DNA of 64,000 nt from the IMG/VR virus record IMGVR_UViG_3300036939_000023, positions 1 to 64,000 of that record; one strand, given 5' to 3'. Positions 62,620-64,000 of the stretch are shown here, in pieces. Under the pieces are notes generated by a model. It searched no databases. It was not told the DNA's origin and worked only from the letters and a program-made list of their open reading frames with translations. A program made the translations under genes and the position numbers. Origin of the DNA: a virus. How positions within the stretch are numbered: position 1 is the stretch's first letter; each line of letters opens with the position of its first letter.

Positions 62620-62651
62620 TAAAAGATAATTATAAAAACTAACTAGACTAT

Positions 62652-62690
62652 CTGAAGTGATGTTCTAGCTGTTGTAGAGGCTATTATAGT
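62652..62690. promoter_or_regulatory. conserved motif copy B (CTGAAG..TTCTAGCTGTTGTAGAGGC)
   Basis: Related to 12662-12690. On the minus strand TTCAGA lies 16 nt upstream of TATAAT (62634-62629), so it may be part of a dUTPase promoter. Confidence 0.35.
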
Positions 62691-62896
62691 TGTCCTGAGA
62701 GTTCGTGAATTCTACTCATCAAGTGTTGGTAAGCAGTATCACATTCAATACAGTCAGCTTGAGAACGTAAAGCTTCAATTTTAGCTTTTACATCAGCTTT
62801 AGTAGTAGATTTAACTTGAGATGCTACTTGGTCTACTTTGTTTTTAGCTTGTTGACGTAATCTAGCTTGTTGACGTGACTTATCTGTAATTCCCAT
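62684..62896 (-). CDS. hypothetical coiled-coil basic protein
   Basis: Track ORF. Confidence 0.55.
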   Translation of the reverse strand: MGITDKSRQQARLRQQAKNKVDQVASQVKSTTKADVKAKIEALRSQADCIECDTAYQHLMSRIHELSGQL

Positions 62897-62942
62897 GTTT
62901 TCCTTGTTAGTTAAATAATTGAGTAATTATATTAATAATTTA

Positions 62943-63674
62943 TTAAAATAAAATAGTCTTTAAAGCTTCTTCTAAATAAGCAATAGCAGCACCTTTAAAT
63001 AACACTTCTGAACCTTTCTTAGGTAGTTCTTCAGATTGAATTCCCTGCCTATAGAACTGAATTGCACGCCTTCTTAACGTATTTAAATGTACCAAACTAA
63101 CTCCTTTAAATTCTAAGTATTCTCTAGTAGTAAAGTGTAAATTATCTGGAAATATTTCTTCCATCTTAGTGTTCAATACTCCTTTAATTCCCTTATTATC
63201 ATTAGCAGCTTTTTCCATAATATCTAATTTTTGAGTTCTAGCACTAAGTACTTTCATTTCTTGTTGAATACTTAGAAACATCTGAGTTAACTCAGTAGGT
63301 ACTAATGTGGTAGCTTTATTGATTGTTTGTTTAGCTTGATTAAAAGCTTTAACTAAATTTAGTTTAGCTTCTACTACAGGTTCAGTATTTTGACTAAGAC
63401 TCATTACAAAATTAGCTTGAACCTCAGTTAGTAAATAATATACTTCCCCTCCAGAACCATCAGCTTGCTTAGGACTACTTTCTTTAATCAAAAAGCCTGT
63501 GTCTAAACCTACAGCCGATGGTTATATATCAAGGGTTCCAAGCTCTACTAGTTTAGCTAAGTATTTAGTAATAGTACTTTTCAGTGTTTTATGTTCAATA
63601 CCTAGTTCTTCAGCTACTAATCTGCTATCTACTACTAAAATTTCGTTCTTATTTTCTACTGTTAATTTAGACAT
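62943..63674 (-). pseudogene. Rha-like phage regulatory protein interrupted by one in-frame TAA
   Basis: The 50-codon ORF from ATG 63674 (MSKLTVENKNEILVVDSRLVAEELGIEHKTLKSTITKYL...) ends at TAA 63522-63524. It is in frame with the track ORF (PSAVGLDTGFLIKESSPKQADGSGGEVYYLLTEVQANFVMSL...). Together they match the Rha-domain layout. Confidence 0.5.
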
Positions 63675-63716
63675 TTTAATACAAATAGTAAATAAATATA
63701 TATATAAGTTTACTAT

Positions 63717-63842
63717 TTACTTCTTAACTACATATTCATGAATAACTTTAATATCTTTATCTACTTTTTCAATTTTAGTTATTAGTCCATTAGTATCAGT
63801 TGTAACTACAGTTTTTGTATCTGTATTAGGTAAGTATCCCAT
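63717..63842 (-). CDS. hypothetical protein, 41 aa
   Basis: Hand-translated: MGYLPNTDTKTVVTTDTNGLITKIEKVDKDIKVIHEYVVKK. Confidence 0.35.
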   Translation of the reverse strand: MGYLPNTDTKTVVTTDTNGLITKIEKVDKDIKVIHEYVVKK

Positions 63843-63843
63843 A

Positions 63844-64000
63844 TTACTCTTTAGGTACAAATGTTAGTGTACGTGACATATCATAAATTACAGGTCTACT
63901 AAATCTAACTTCAAAACAGTCTTTAGGTAACTCATCATAACTTACATATTCACTACCTCTAAAGCAAATATATTCTTTATCTTTATACTTAATTACTACT
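63844..64000 (-). CDS. hypothetical protein, 5' end outside window
   Basis: Minus-strand frame open from the window edge to TAA 63844-63846 (..YKDKEYICFRGSEYVSYDELPKDCFEVRFSRPVIYDMSRTLTFVPKE). Confidence 0.4.
   Translation of the reverse strand, partial: VVIKYKDKEYICFRGSEYVSYDELPKDCFEVRFSRPVIYDMSRTLTFVPKE

Noticed and set aside
63499-63741. + strand 80-aa ORF
   Set aside because: Antisense to the N-terminal half of the Rha-like gene and its upstream region. Low-complexity Ser/Leu sequence.
1-64000. Alternative genetic code (stop-codon reassignment), prompted by the in-frame TAA in the Rha-like gene and the TAA-TAG before the start-less ORF
   Set aside because: Long ORFs, including the 2794-aa tape measure, are intact under the standard code. 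TAA, TAG and TGA all terminate well-delimited genes with immediate downstream starts. Trp is encoded by TGG.
1-64000. tRNA, rRNA, CRISPR arrays and integrase/attachment sites
   Set aside because: The few non-coding gaps (12561-12688, 16885-16998, 44748-44867) show no cloverleaf-type GC-rich arms or GTTCRAnnC T-loop. All tandem repeats seen are in-frame coding repeats. No tyrosine or serine recombinase motifs were noticed.

Overview
Gene-dense, visibly AT-rich (about 70% A+T by eye, not computed) segment of a tailed dsDNA phage, siphovirus-like. The + strand carries a late/structural module at 0-12.6 kb and 16.1-38.2 kb. In order it holds a prohead-protease-like gene, an acidic scaffold-like gene, the capsid genes, neck genes, the major tail protein, a tail chaperone with a -1 frameshift, a 2794-aa tape measure, baseplate genes and a collagen-like tail fibre. 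Two minus-strand islands interrupt it (8.0-9.5 kb and 12.7-16.1 kb). From 38.2 to 64 kb the window is mostly small minus-strand early genes. Recognisable ones are an HD alarmone-hydrolase-like protein, a dCMP-deaminase-like protein, a RuvC-like resolvase, MazG-like and DUF1599-like proteins, an N6-adenine methyltransferase, an SNase-like nuclease, ThyX and dUTPase, plus RHH/HTH regulators. A few isolated + strand late-type genes sit among them (portal-like, Ig-like, cell-wall hydrolase-like, Thr/Ala-rich protein). I found no tRNA, rRNA, CRISPR array, integrase, terminase or DNA polymerase in the window. The most unusual feature is a family of at least 8-11 genes in the head/neck module. They share an identical MYLL N-terminal leader, a Lys-rich DKGKKR motif and glycine-zipper segments, and some are fused or adjacent to enzyme-like domains (GNAT, kinase-fold, possibly ART). 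I interpret these as a candidate virion-targeted, ejected-protein system, and this is a hypothesis only. All function calls rest on motif recognition by eye and on gene order; no database search was possible.
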